The position numbers and the translations under genes were made by a program. From Vicugna vicugna (Eukaryota): a DNA stretch of 64,000 bases. Shown piece by piece: positions 38,725 through 52,059 of the stretch. Numbering within the stretch: position 1 is the stretch's first letter; each line of letters starts with the position of its first letter. A model generated the notes under the pieces. It was given only the letters and a program-made list of their open reading frames with translations. It did no database searches and had not been told where the DNA came from. The stretch lies in contig MU061578.1 of the NCBI GenBank assembly GCA_013265495.1, positions 3,047,308 to 3,111,307 on the forward strand, in the 5' to 3' direction.

Positions 38725-39856
38725 CACTGGTTTTGCACTGTCTGGAAAGCCCTGTATGTGCTGTGTCTGTTTGCTGGATCAGTGGGAAAGGCTGCAGGGG
38801 AGGTGAGCCCCCTACCTACACCTGCCTGATCAGAGACAGAGGTGTCCCATTTGGCGTCCAGGTGCATCTCAGGCTTGAGGACCCCGCCCTGCTTACCTCC
38901 AGCAAGCAAGGGACTCAGCTTATGGATGTGGGCGTGCTCCCACCTGGGACAGGCAGGGGGTCCCTCCAGCACCCCTGCATCCTTTAAGGGCTGAGCTCTG
39001 GCAGCCACTAAAGCCCAGGCAGGGGACTTTAGTGAGACCCAGGTTTGGGTAGCAGAGTGATGAGGGCCATTGTGGAGAATCTTGCAGGAATCTCCTGTGG
39101 GCATTTAATATATGCCAAACCTGCTTCCAGAACCAAGTTCATTTCTCCATGTAAAGGCCTGGGAGGCAGCGAGTTTCAACCTGAGGTTGAAGGGCTGGGT
39201 GCCCTTCTCCCCAAGAGTGGGTCCCTTTTGTTCCTCTGAGAGGCCAGCCAGCCCACGTGGCCTTGGATGACAGAACTGCAGGGTAGAGTCCCTGAAATTA
39301 AAATAACCTGAGGGCTTGAGCAGTGCCCCACGGCCTTCCAGGGTCCCTCCCAGCCCACAGCATTGGACGCAGGAGCCAGCTCTGGGCAGGGACCAGCCTG
39401 CAGGTCCTGGGATGATGAGCAGGAGTTAAAGGTCTGGGCCTGGGAGACACCCTCACTGGTGCACCCTGGATTTGTAGATAAAGCAGCTGTGCCCACAGTC
39501 ACTCTGGGGACCTTGGGGGTTCTGGTTGCTGTGTTCTCTGTACCTCTGACACCTTAGGGCACAGCTGGCCCAGGAGACGCTGGGTTCAACACCAGGACAG
39601 CTCCCTGGACTCAGTGTGCTTATTTCCTCCTTGTGCCACCAGAGCATGGACAGTGTCCCCTGCTGTCTCCCCCAAAACCCAAAACCCAAGTCTGCAGCCT
39701 GAGGGCTGTGGCCCCCACCCACCAGACTTTCCACCACTGCCTTTGACACATGAACTCCCCATTGTCCTTCACCACCTCCCTCACCGGTGCATGCCTCACC
39801 CACACACCATGCTTTACACGCCATGTGCACACGCCACACATGTACACCCACCAACC

Positions 39857-39902
39857 ACACACACACACACACACACACACGTACACACACGTACACACAC
39901 AC
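39857..39902. repeat. (CA)n microsatellite, interrupted
   Basis: Seen directly. On the minus strand it forms a GU-rich tract just downstream of the RGS11 poly(A) signal. Confidence 0.95.
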
Positions 39903-39952
39903 CCACCATGATTTGGACCACAGCCAGTCAGGCTCAGAGAATCCGAGGGTCT

Positions 39953-39958
39953 TTTATT
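39953..39958 (-). terminator. RGS11 polyadenylation signal
   Basis: Minus-strand AATAAA ~650 nt past the stop codon, with GU-rich sequence downstream. Confidence 0.7.
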
Positions 39959-40603
39959 TCTGTGCCAGGAGCGGGAGGGTGTGACCAGCCCTGAGGGAGG
40001 GGTGTCTGGCTGCACCTCCAAAGGAGCTTTCACGTGAGTATCACCCACAGTCTCGGGGAGGGGGCCTTCTGAGCAAGGACCACTGGCATCTTTCCCCAAA
40101 AGGCTCTACTGCCCCTACTGTGAACCAGAACTGGTTGGTGGAGGGGTGACAGGGCTGGAACCATTTCTGTCCAACAGGGTGGCAAAGCTGCGGCCTCTGG
40201 GAGACCACGGAAGAGGAAGGCTGGTGCGGCCTGGTGGGAGTGGCACATCCCCCTGCACTTCCATGCCCCCTGCTGGTGACCACCAGACTGTGCCTCTTAC
40301 TCTGAGTGTCGGTTCCAAAGGTGGGGCTGGGTGCCAGCGAGGAATGCCAGGCCTCTGCCAACTCAGTCCAGGGCCCCCCTGCCTTGTGGGGATCAGCCTG
40401 TTGACCAGACCCTTCTGGAAGGAGGGTGTGACAAGGGAAAACGAGGATCCCTGGAGATGGCGTCCTCCCCCACTCCCTCCCCACAAGGCTGGGCCCTCTG
40501 GGCAAGAGGGGACCCCGTGCTGGGGGTCTCAGTAGCTGTCAGGACCCTGGGCAAGAGGAGGGTGACAAGGGCATGATGGCCACCTCCTCCCACTCAGGCC
40601 CAC

Positions 40604-43600
40604 CTAGGTCTCCCCATCACCATCCCCAGGGCTACCGGCAGCAGCCTCAGGCTCCCCAGAGGTGGAGGTGGGAAGGAGAGCAAGGCTGGGGCTGGAATGC
40701 CGCGGCTTCCACATGAATGGGAACACCCTGTGGGCAAGAAGGGGCCTGAGCACGGGACAGCCGCCTGCGTCCTGCCCGCCTGCCCGGGGACACCGCCTAG
40801 CTCACCGGCGCTTCATCTCCAGGGGGACCACAGCCTCCGCCAGCAGGTCTTTGTACAGGTCCGACTTCAGGAACCTCGGGTACGAGTCCTGCAAGAGATG
40901 ACATCCAGCCCTGACCCCTTCTACCTCCTGGTCTCAGTCAGCACTGCAGGGGCCTCCTCTAGGCCCAGAGCCCCTGGTGGATGGGGCCAGAGCAGCCCCC
41001 AGATACCTGCCCAGGCCAAGTCAGACTCAGGGAGACCCAGCCCCAATCCAGGCAAGAGCCTGGTGCCCAAGTGCAGAGGAGCAAACTAGGGTCCCTCCAG
41101 CTGGGGGATCCCGGAGCCGCAACAGGAAACAGGCGTCCCTGGTTCTCCACGTCCCCCGTGGAGAGAGGGCAAGGGCGCGGGGAGGAACAAAAACAGCAGC
41201 ACAAGACTCAGTAAAGAGGGACAGGAGTCTATAAGCCCAACTGCTTGTATTATAAAAAGAACAATAAACATTCACTTTAAATTGTTAACTTCAGCTGGAG
41301 AGGCAGGGATACCAGCTAGATTTAGTCGAATGTACTTTGCTTTGTAGACCGGATTTTGAAATTGTATAGATATTTTACCTAATTATGAAATAAATAAGGA
41401 ATCCTCAACACGGAAAGTGAAGCTGGGCGACCAATGGGTGACACCACCCCAACCACGTGACGGGGTGTCCGAGGGCGTTCAGAGGGATATGGATAAAAGA
41501 CCAGAAAAAGAAAAAAGTAATCGATTTTCAGCAACTGAATTGTGAACTTTAATGTGCTGTTCAGCTGAGCTACTGAGTAAATCTTGAGAAAAGGCATATG
41601 AGTAGTGTCAGCATTGTTGAAAACCCAGATTTTCAGTAGGGGAGTGGGAGAGAGACACGAGGTCAAAGAGGTTAAGGAGACTCTGTAATCCTGAATCTGA
41701 ATTACAAGTATCAGTATGAACTCCTGGTGTGTTTTATTTAAAACACATGTTTTCTTACTGTACAAGAACCATACCACAATAAAGTTGTTATAAAAAAAAA
41801 AACATGTACAGCCTAGAAATAAACTCACAAACTTTTGGTCAACTAATCTTTGACAAAGGAGGCAAGAATATACAATGGAGTAAAGACAGTCTCTTCAGCA
41901 AATGATGTTGGGTTAATTGGACAGCTGCATGTAAATCAATGAAGTTAGCATACTCCCTCACTCCATACACAAAACTAAACTCAGAATGGCTTAGAGACTT
42001 AAACATCAGACAAGATACCATGAACCTCTTAGAAGAAAACATAGGCAAAACACTATCTGACATAAATCTTAGCAATGTTCTTCTAGGGCAATCTACCCAG
42101 GCAATAGAAATAAAAGCAAAAATAAACAAATGGGACCTAATTAAACTTATAAGCTTTTGCAGAGCAAAGGAAACTATAAGCAAAACAAAAAGACAACCTA
42201 CAGAATGAGAGAAAATATTTGCAAAAGACGAGACTGACAAGGGCTTAATTTCCAGAATATATAAATAGCGCATACAACTTAATAAGAAAAAAACAAACCC
42301 AGTCCAAAAATGGGCAGAATACCTAAACAAGCAATTCTCCAATGAAGACATACAAATGGCCAATAGGCACATGAAAAAATGCTCAATATCGCTCGCTATC
42401 AGAGAAATGCAAATCAAAAGTACAATGGGGTATCACTTCACATCAGTCAGAATGGGCATCATTAAAAAGCCCACGAATGATAAATGCTGGAGAGGGTGTG
42501 GAGAAAAGAGAACCCTCCTACACTGTTAGTGGGAATGTAGTTTGGTGCAGCCATTATGGAAAACAGTATGGAGATTCCTCAAAAGACTAAAAATAGACTT
42601 ACCATATGATCCAGTAATCCCACTCCTGGGCATATATCTAGAGGGAACCTTAGTTTAAAAAGATATATGCGCCCCAATGTTCATAGCAGCACTATATACA
42701 ATAGCCAAGACATGGAAACAACCTAAATGTCCATCGACAGATGACTGGATAAAGAAAATGTGTTACATATATATACAGTGGAATACTACTCAGCCATAAA
42801 AATAATTGCCATTTGCAGCAACATGGATGGACCTGGAGATTGTCATTCTAAGTGAAGTAAGCCAGAAAGAGAAAGAAAAATACCATATGATAACACTTAT
42901 ATGTGAAATCTAAAGAAAAAAGACAAACTTATTTACAAAACAGAGACAGACTCACAGACATAGAAAACAAATTTATGGTTACCAGTGGGGAAGAGGGTGG
43001 GAAGGGATAAATTGGGAGTTTGAGATTTGCAGATACTAACTAATATTTACAAAATAGATAAACAATAAATTCATATTGTATAGCACAGGGAACTATATTC
43101 AAAATCTTGTAGTAACCTATGGTGAAAAAGAATATGCAAATGAATACACATATGTTCATGTATGACTGAAGCATTTTGCTGTACACCAGAAACTTGATAC
43201 AACATTGTAAACTGACTATACTTCAATTAAAACAACAACAACAATGTATTTCTTGATTCTGTCCACTCAAAGGCCTGAAACCATGACTAGCCTCAGCATA
43301 ATGAACAGGTCTGGTGTGCAGGTCAAGACTTTTGAACCCCATCCCTGACGCAGGACCAAGTTTGCCGCGGAAATGGCTGACTCCAGGTCTGGGGCAGGAT
43401 AGCCCTTTAGAAAGCAAGGAAGCACAGGGATTTCGGGGACACGTCACAGGACTCAGAAACAACCAGCCTGATATGGGGACTTCTGGACATCCTGTAGTAA
43501 CAACTGAAAGGGATTCAAACCCATCAAATATGGTGAAAATGTGAGTTTATGATAGTATTAAAAACATCCCAACTTCACCGACCACCCTGGGCAGATGCTA

Positions 43601-46600
43601 GGGTCCAACTCCTTATTTTGTAAAGTGGTAATTAAAGAAGAAATCAATCCTTGATTCTGCCTTTCCTATATGATGGTACCACTGGGCTAGCAAAGAGGGG
43701 AGGCAGCCTAAACAAACAGGCGGTGATGGGTTAAAACATCCCAAACCTTAATGAGATCATGAATCCAGGCAAGACTGCCAAGGCTGATTTCCTGAGCAGA
43801 GAACACACCAAGCACCGCCTCAGAAGTAAATATTCTTGACAAAACCAAACAACAACAAAACTGAGGACAAATCTGATCAAAGAACAAGGTGCCTCTAGAA
43901 GATGCAAAAAGCAGGGAATGGATTCTCTCCCCTAGAGCCTCCAGAAGGAACCATCCCTGCTGTCACCCTGGTCTTACCTCCATGAGACCCCTGTTAGCCT
44001 TCTGACCACAACCATGAGAGAAGAAATTTGTGTTGCTTGAAGCTACCAGGTCTGCTGTGTTGCTTACAGCAATAGCAGGAAACTAACTCAGGGTCAGGTG
44101 GGCAAGGCTGGACCCTGACTGGCTACTAGAAGGTTGAGTAAATACTGTTTGTGTTTCAGGTGTGATGCTGGCCTCTGTGGCCACGCTGAAGAGAAGAGGT
44201 GGTCCAGGAGGTCCGTGGAGGGACCTCTTGCGATGGCATTAATGTCCCCAGGAGGGGCCATGGGCAGGATGGACCATGAGTCTGGACAGGCCCTGAGTTG
44301 ACCGTTTTTGAAGGCAGCCCGTAGGTACGTGGGGATTCGTGTTATACTACCTGTGTTCATGTCTGAACTTTTCCACAAGAACACTTTTTACAATCATAGC
44401 TGGACAAGCCCTTTACCCCTTCAGAGCCTGAGGGGCATGAGTGCCACCTGACCCCAGCTCGAGGGGGTGATGGGGACCCAACCTTCTTCATCAGCATATA
44501 GATGTGCAGCTGGGCGTCGTCCAGCACGTGGCGGTGGGGCCGACCCAGACCCTCCAGAGTTCGCTCCATCGTCCGGCTGTCAATGTTGACCCAGCGGGCA
44601 GCGCCAGGGGCCAGGAACTGCCTGGCTTGGGGAAGGGGACCCTGGGTGGGTCTATGCTCTTCAGGCCTGCCCCCCACCCCGCCTGCCAGCTGGCACCCAG
44701 CCCTCAGCACTCACTGGTACACGGCGTCTACCAGGGCGGGGACCTGGGCCTGTCCTCCGTGGCGCAGCTCCTCACAGGCCTCCCAGAAGCTGAGGTTCTC
44801 GGCTAGGGATCCGGGCATCAGATCAGGCACACCCAGGGCTGGTGGAAACTCAGGAGGGGTGCCCAGGCAGCAGCCTCTTTGATGGGGGCCAGGAGCGGGG
44901 GAGGGGGGCTTCTCACCACTGAACTCTGTCTGGAGAAAGTCCATGAAATGTGCCCGTCCCACGGGGTCCTCCAAGAGCTCCCGGAAGCTGAAGGCCCACT
45001 GCTCCACCCGGAGCTTTGTGGGCACAGCCACGCTGCAGGGACGGCAGCAGAGTCAGTAGCACAAGGAATTTGGGGGGCGGCTGCACACCTGCAAGCTCCC
45101 GGCCTGCCCCGGCTCACCTGGGTGCATTCATGGCCCAATAGGTGTCATTGTCGGTGACCCAGGGGTTGCTGGGCAGGCACCCTGACAGGAGGGGGTCGTG
45201 TGGCCCACGCTGGCTGCTGAACTTCAGGTACCTGGGGGTGGGGGACGGTGCCAGGGCCAGTGTAGGGGCTGTGGGGACGAGGCACTGGAGGCAGGGTCTG
45301 GGCTCTGGGCTGGTGGTCTCCAGCCGCCACCCCCATCCCACTCACGCCTCGAGGCAGACAGAGGACTTCACCCGGGTCCTGCCCAGTGCCTTCCGACAGC
45401 ACTCAATCTGGAACAGGAGACCTGTGAGGTGACCCCCAGCCACCTACCTCCCGCTTATAGAAATCCACCGTCTTGGTCTGGAAAGTTCAGGGTGGGCTGC
45501 AGTTAGAAGGCAGGCCCCTCTGGGGACTGACATCCCACCCCACGCTGCAGAGACCGGCTCAAGCCCCTGCCCCGCCTCTAATGGAGGGGTCTGACTTTCC
45601 AGGAAGCTTCTTGGGGCCTGGAGTCTGGATGTTTTGGGGAACTCACCGAGCCCTCAGATGCTCAAAGTTGCCCTGAGTTTCCCCAACTGTCACTATTTCA
45701 TATTTTCAAATGTATTTAAACCGTTTTTCGAAACAACTTATATTTGAGGAATGCTGCTTGGAGGGGGTTGGGTTGCACTGGTGCCCCAGGTGTGACTCAT
45801 CGTGTTCAGAGCTCAGAGCCCGGACTCCTCCTCAGGCCAGTGAAGGAGCTGCCTCCGGGCCTGCACAGCCACACCAGGCAAGCCAGAGGGGAAGGCAGAC
45901 AGCACCCTTGGGTCACCTGTGACTACCAACTTTTGGTCTATTTTTGCCCAACTTCACGGTGGGAATTATAAACCTATCATCGTGAACTACGATTCTAAAG
46001 TCAGGAAAATATTTTCACAGTAAGGTACTATGTGAATCTGTTCTGTATTCTGGGTTCCATAGGATGTGACAGGGGGCTCTGCTGTTACAAAGTCCGGACG
46101 TATGTCATGGTCCAGTTCCATCTCCGGGACCTCTGGAGGGAGAAGGCTCATGGGCCCAGGTCCCTCTGGCACAGCCCGCGGCCCTGCTTGCCGCTCTCCA
46201 AGTCCCCTCGGGCCCTGATGCTGCCTGGCCTGGGGGGAGACCCCCCACCCCTACCCTACCCCACAGGGTCCATTGTACTTACTTGCACCCAGGGCAGCAG
46301 GTGGGAGGTGAGGCAAGAGAGGGCAAGAGTTAGCAGGGGGCTGGGAGTGGGGTCCAGGGCTAGGGGAGAGTGAGGGGAAGAGAAGCAGGAGAACTGGAGT
46401 GACTGAATCATGTGACGTTCGGATGGACAAATGGACAGGCAGCCCCAAGTAGTACACTCGGGGGTGGAGTAGGGGCAGTGGGAGAGGGGTGGACTGAGGG
46501 GAGTTCGGGAAGGATGTAGTGAGGGAGGTGGGGGAGTGGAGTAGGTAGAGTTGTGGGTGGAGTGGGGTGATGGAGTAGGGGGCAGTGGGGGGCAGGAGGG

Positions 46601-49600
46601 GTGAAGTGGGGGCAGTCAGAGCTGAAGTGAGGGATGAAGTGGGGGCTGTGGGGGGATGAAGTGGGGGCAGTAGGAGGTGAAGTGGGAGATGGAGGGGTGC
46701 ATGTGTGCAGGGGTGGGGAGTGGGCTGGGGGGTGTCCATGCAGGGTCCTCACCATCTGCACCTGTCTGGCAGTGCAGGAACCCCTCTCTGGACCTTGCTC
46801 CAGCACACTGGGAACCCCTGGCTGCAGAGGGAGATGAAATGAAGTGGGGGGCACAGCTCAGGCAGGCCACTGAGACCCCTCACAAGGGCTGGTGTTTCTC
46901 CTCCATTAACCCCACAAACGGAAGCCCTGTGCCCATGTCCCCCTCCAATGTGGAAACACGCTCTGAGGAACTCGGCCTCCCGCTCCTCCTCTCTGCCCAT
47001 CCCCCCATGGCCACTTGCCCATCCTCGAGTCCACTTCCCAATCCCTCTCCAGCCCTCACTGCTTCCTCAAGTCTCCCCACTCTTCCTCTCCTCAGCCAAG
47101 CGCATCTCTCAGCTCCCAATTGCTCACCTGCTCACCGTACCCACCTATCCTGCCACGATGTCCCCAAACACAACTGCTGGCCTGGTCTTCTCCCTCCCCG
47201 CCCCGGGCCCCCTCCACAGGGACCCCTGGCCCACTCCACCCACCTAGCCCTGTGCCCTGCATGACCCTCAGGCAGAAGAGTCAGTCATTTTCCCAGAGAC
47301 AACACCCACACTTGGTGAGGTACCGCCTGCAGAAGGTTCCTCTCACTTTTTTTATGGGCACCCCCCTCACCCTCTGCTTCCATTCATGGTCTGTGACTGC
47401 TCCCCCACCCAGTGCACACGTCCCTGTCTACTGGTCTCTCCACAGACCCACACAGTAGGGGAACCTCAAACCACCTACCAGGCCCACGCATCTGGGGAAG
47501 GCTTGACCTCAGGCCAGCACCCCAGAAGCTCTTGGCCTGTGACCTCAGTCCCTTGTGCTACAGCTAAGCCCAGTCCCCACTCCCCACCCCGCACTGGCCT
47601 TCAGGTGCCCGCATTCTGTTTCCTCAGACCCAGAGAGATAATGGTATGTCCTTGTCTATGGGTAGGGGGAGCTTAGGCCTGGACTCCTGACCTCTGGGTT
47701 CTGATGAACCAAAGAACAAGAAATTTTGCCAGGACCTCAAAAGGTACATCCTTCCCCAGGGTCAGAAGGCAGGTCCTGAGTGAACACCTGAGGGAGACAC
47801 ACTGACCCTGCAAGGACCTCTCTGTTGTCCAAGAACCACCCTCCAACAAGGGGCTCACCGGGGGCCTGTTCACCAGCCAGTACGTCTGCTCCTGGCATGC
47901 GATGACCAGCCTGTCCCCCTTCCTGCGCTGCTTAGCTGCCCTAGGGGGTAGGCAGAGTTGGGGGGACACTGTATCCATCAGAGCACCCCCCCCTGCCAGG
48001 GCCTGGGCAGGCAGCCAAGCAAGGGTGTGAAGTTTCTGGCCCCAGGGATGTGGTGCCTGGAAAGCTGGGAGGGGCCTGCCAAGCAGGGTGGGGTCTCACC
48101 GCAGCTGCTCTCTCGCCTGCATCACCACCAGGTCCCATGTGTGGTTGATCTTCCTGTGCAACTGGTCATAGTGGGCCTGAGGGTGGTTTAAGGTCTCCAG
48201 TGGGAAACTCTTGCCTATACCCAGCTCTGGGGGGTGTACCCCCCACCTCCCCTCTGAGACCCCCTCTATAGGGTGTGTGTGCTTGTGCATCTGAATCAGC
48301 CTGGAGCCTGGGCTGTGTGCTCCACTAGTGGGGCTTGGGTTCCTCTGGCTGGACTCAGCCGGGGTGGCAGGGGAGGGGTGGTGGTATCCCACCTTTTCAT
48401 AGTCAACCAGGGCCCCCTGCTTTCGGATGTTCTTCTTGGCCAGGTAGATGGCTGGAAGGACAGGGCACAGAGTGCACCTGAGGCCTCACCCCTGAGGCCA
48501 CCAGTCCTGGGAGTTTGTCCCTGGCTAGCCCACCCCTCCTCACTCACCATAGTCTAGCTCAGCGGCTGGCCACAGGGTGCTCATCCAGAAATAGGGCGTC
48601 TGGGTGCAGTGCAGGTACAAAGGTATCTGTGATGTTCTGGGCTTTCCCACCCAGGAGTTGTCCCTACCCTCTCAGCTCTCTTGGGAGACTGGGCTGGCTG
48701 AGGGCAGGGGATGGGGGTGGTGGGGAGGTGTGCTAGTGGCCTGGAGGATCATCTGAGCACCACCATTCCCTCCACCTGAACCAAAGCTCCACTTGATTCA
48801 CTGACTCTGGGCTCCCTGCCCAGGCCCTGGATGTAGCTGCAGCCTCTGCTGTGGGGTGCGAACTGAGGGCAGGCCCCGCCTGGTTCCCTGGTGTGGCCAG
48901 GCCGGGCAGGAAGGGGGCTCCATCATGAGTGAGCACACACACTGAGGTGCAGGCCCTTCTAGTCCAGGCCTTTGGGGGAGGGGGCAGTGGACCACCAGGC
49001 CTGTGGTGACATCTCGGATCCTGCTCCTGCCCCAGCTGCCCCTTCCAGGAGTCCCCACCAAGGAGTTGTCTGGTGGGAGGGTCCCACCTGCTCCCAGTTG
49101 AGCCTGACCTGGAACCTATAGGGTGTTTCATCCGGCCGGAGCAGGAGGCGGCGGGGGTCTCGCAGTGGGTATAGGTAGCCATGCTGCACCAGGAGTGTGC
49201 CCAGGTGCAGGGCCTCTGGGGAGAAGTGGTGAATTCTCAACAGGGGAAACCAAGTCAGGTGCGCCCCCCTCGACGAGTCCCCTCCCTAGCTCACTGGGCT
49301 TGGCCCTAGCCCTAGGCCATCAGCACAGGGACCCCCAAGGCCAAGTGTGGGGGCGGGAAGTGCAGCTGGCTGACCCCTTACCATCCTCTGCGATGCAGTA
49401 CTTTTGAATCAACCACTCCACGACATCGTTGCCTGCAGAGCAGAGACTGGGGTGGGGGGAGGCCAAGGCAAGGCGGCACCCCCTCACCTCCCCCGGCGGG
49501 GCCTCACCAGTCACTGCGTGGGGAATGACGGTGACAAGCAGGCGCTGGCTCCGCATCTTCACGCCCTGGTCGGGGTCCTGCATACTCACTACCACCCGCT

Positions 49601-50042
49601 CCATCTGGGCGAAGGGAATGTAAGATCTGCCAGGGCCGGCCTCCCCCGCCCCCAGATCCTCATTCCCTGGAACCGGCCGGGATGCCCCAGATCAGTGTGC
49701 TCGGAGGAGATTAAGGCGCACTGATGGTGGGATTTCAGGCCGCTGCTGACCGCAGAGGTGCAGGGCGGGGCGGAGGCGAGGGGCGACCCCAGCTCCGGGG
49801 TCTCCGCTGCCCCGCCCCGCTCATACAGTGCCATCGCCCCAGGCCCGCGTCCGCACTGGCGCGCTCGCGTAGCGTCCACACTCACGCGCATCCGCATCCA
49901 CTGCCCTCCGGCCCCTTCCGGCCTCGAGGTCCAGGAAATGGGCGGGGGTGGGGCGGCGGGCGGGACCACGCGCACCCACCTTGCTCAGATGCGGCCTCTG
50001 CGCGCGGGGGTGCCCGCCGAGGGGCGCGGGGCCGGCAGCCAT
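40604..50042 (-). CDS. RGS11: Regulator of G-protein signaling 11 (R7 family; DEP-DHEX-GGL-RGS), 470 aa, 17 exons
   Basis: Exons (minus): 50042-49980, 49604-49508, 49432-49382, 49215-49109, 48599-48548, 48451-48393, 48176-48100, 47940-47859, 46821-46753, 45477-45448, 45407-45346, 45231-45118, 45032-44917, 44802-44715, 44621-44483, 40888-40806, 40727-40604. 1413 nt in frame. MAAGPAP...[18 protein letters not shown]...SNPW...[12 protein letters not shown]...DSYPRFLKS. Confidence 0.93.
41803..43245 (+). mobile_element. 5'-truncated, relatively young LINE-1 (ORF2 C-terminus + 3' UTR), antisense within RGS11 intron 15
   Basis: ORF 41939-42208 [18 protein letters not shown]...[17 protein letters not shown] is L1 ORF2. 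It continues through the C-terminal region and 3' UTR to an A/AAC tail at ~43230. Confidence 0.92.
43880..44090 (+). mobile_element. MLT1-like MaLR LTR, 3' part
   Basis: GATTCTCCCCTAGAGCCTCCAGAAGGAAC...AAATTTGTGTTG.TT.AAGC...AGGAAACTAA is typical of MLT1. Confidence 0.7.
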
Positions 50043-50230
50043 GGCAGAGGCAGGCGGGGCGGGGTTGCCCGCGCCGCTCCGCCCCGGCCGCCGCCCCGCC
50101 CCGCGCGAGTTAACCCTCAGCGGCCGCGGGGTCTGGGGACGCGTGGGCGCCATATCAGCCACACCGAGGAAGCTCCCCTCATGTCACGAGAAACCAAGGC
50201 CTGGCCCGTGGGGACTTGCCGGGGCCTTCG
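49480..50230 (-). promoter_or_regulatory. RGS11 CpG island/promoter
   Basis: CpG-dense region with several GC boxes around exon 1. Confidence 0.8.
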
Positions 50231-52059
50231 AGAGTGGCTTGGACCTACCATGACAGCGTGGGGGATGTGAGGGAATGGAGCTCAGCTGGGACGGGGGTGG
50301 GGGAGATGAGGTGAGAACTCAGGGAGAGGGCTCCAGGAGGGGAGGATCTCAGGGGAGGGGACTGGTGGGGAAGGTGGGCTGGGAAAGGGGACAACGGTTT
50401 AGGGTCGACTGTAACCCCTTCGCCATACCCACCTTATGTGGGCGCACATCCTGGATGCAGGCGAACAGCGGTGCAGGGGCTGCGGGGTCTGGGCGAGGGG
50501 GTCTCACTGCCCTAGTAGTGTGTCCCTGAGATTGTGACACCGAGCATGACCTGTGTGGGTGCTACCAGGTTGGTGTGACACTGGGTGGCTGCACAGTTGT
50601 GCTGGGTGGGGGTCCTTCAGGCTTGGGGCAGGCAGCTCACTTCCCCTTAGCTGCACAGAGGCCTGGGGTGGGCAGGCAGTTGGGGATCACAACACTTGCC
50701 CCTCAAGATTTGTGGGTAGCCTCTGGGCTCAGGGCCCAGCTTGGCCACCCACACCGCCGTTTGTTGGGACCATTTTTAAGTGGTGCAAATAGGTCTATTT
50801 CTGCTTTTTGGAAATAGATTGCCCTTCCTTCCCTACCCCTTCTCGGGATGCTGGGGGCAGGGCAGGATGTTGGAATTGGCCTTTGGCCAGAGCCTCAGAT
50901 ATAGGATCTGAATCCATTTTCATTGCTGGCAAAGCCAGGTCCAGCATGAGGTGGGGCAGGGGTACTGGAGGGGGCTCCTACCCCTCCAGGGTACCATCCT
51001 CCCTTAGAGTCCAGTGAAGTCCTCTCACCCAGCCCCACCCACACGGGTGGCATCAGGCTGGCCTCAGGCCTGGCTGTCCTCTTTGGCTGGGTGGGTGTCT
51101 GGAGAGGCCGAAAGCCACCAGAGGCCAGAGCTGCCCTCATCTTGGGGACAAATAGCTTCCCTGACAAACTCCCTCAACCCCAGGGAAGGGGCAGCAGAAT
51201 GCAAAGGGCCTGGGCTTCCGCTGGGGAGACTTGCCTTGGAAAGACTGTGGGCAGGTGGGGCTCCAAAGGGGATAGTGCCCCTGGGAGTCCAAGTGCCCCT
51301 ACTACCCACAGCCTGCTGGCCTCCTTCTCAGATAGGGGCTCCTTTGGGCAAGGGCCGATCTGATCCTTGGGTGTTCTCAGAAATGGGGGGGCAAGAGGTG
51401 TAAGGAAGCAGGAGGATTCTGGCTGGTGTTCCCCCTCCCCCTCCACACTGACCCAGCTGTCCCCAGCCTCAAGTCCAGCTCACCCCTTCCCCTGCTCCAC
51501 TGATCCCCATCTACCTGCCCCAGGGTCTGTTTAGGCATCGAGACCAGTAGCCCATCTGTGCTCCCCTCTCAGCACTCCACCACCCTGTTCTGTTTTGGAT
51601 CAGTGTCCTTTTCTCCCCAAGGACAGGGTCCTCCGGAATGGTCTGGGTCCCCAGAGCATATAAAGACTCCCCACCCTCTGCCACACTCATGCAGCCCAGC
51701 CAGTAAACACTTGAATAATGGCTGTGTGTCTCCGGATTGCTCCTCACTGCTGAGGGGGACCCCCGGCCCCTGTATATGTGGACACTGGCCCCTCTGTGCT
51801 AATGACTGTGAACCTCTGGGGTGCGTGGCCAGAAGGCTGTGCAGACACCCGTAAAACACTTCCCCACCCTCTATGGTCCCCCAAGGCTGGGTAGACTCCA
51901 GGAGTACCCACTGCCCAGACAGAAGCTCCAGCCGAGGTGGGAGTCGTGGAGGGTGGGGGACTGCTGGGCCCCAGGTGCGGCCTTCACTGCCTGCAGGTAA
52001 TGAGAGCCTGGGGACTAGGAGGGTGGAGAAAACACCTGCTCCACCAGGGGCCCCCAGCC

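Noticed and set aside
41839..42417. 192-aa hydrophobic minus-strand ORF
   Set aside because: This is the familiar antisense reading of the L1 ORF2 3' region.
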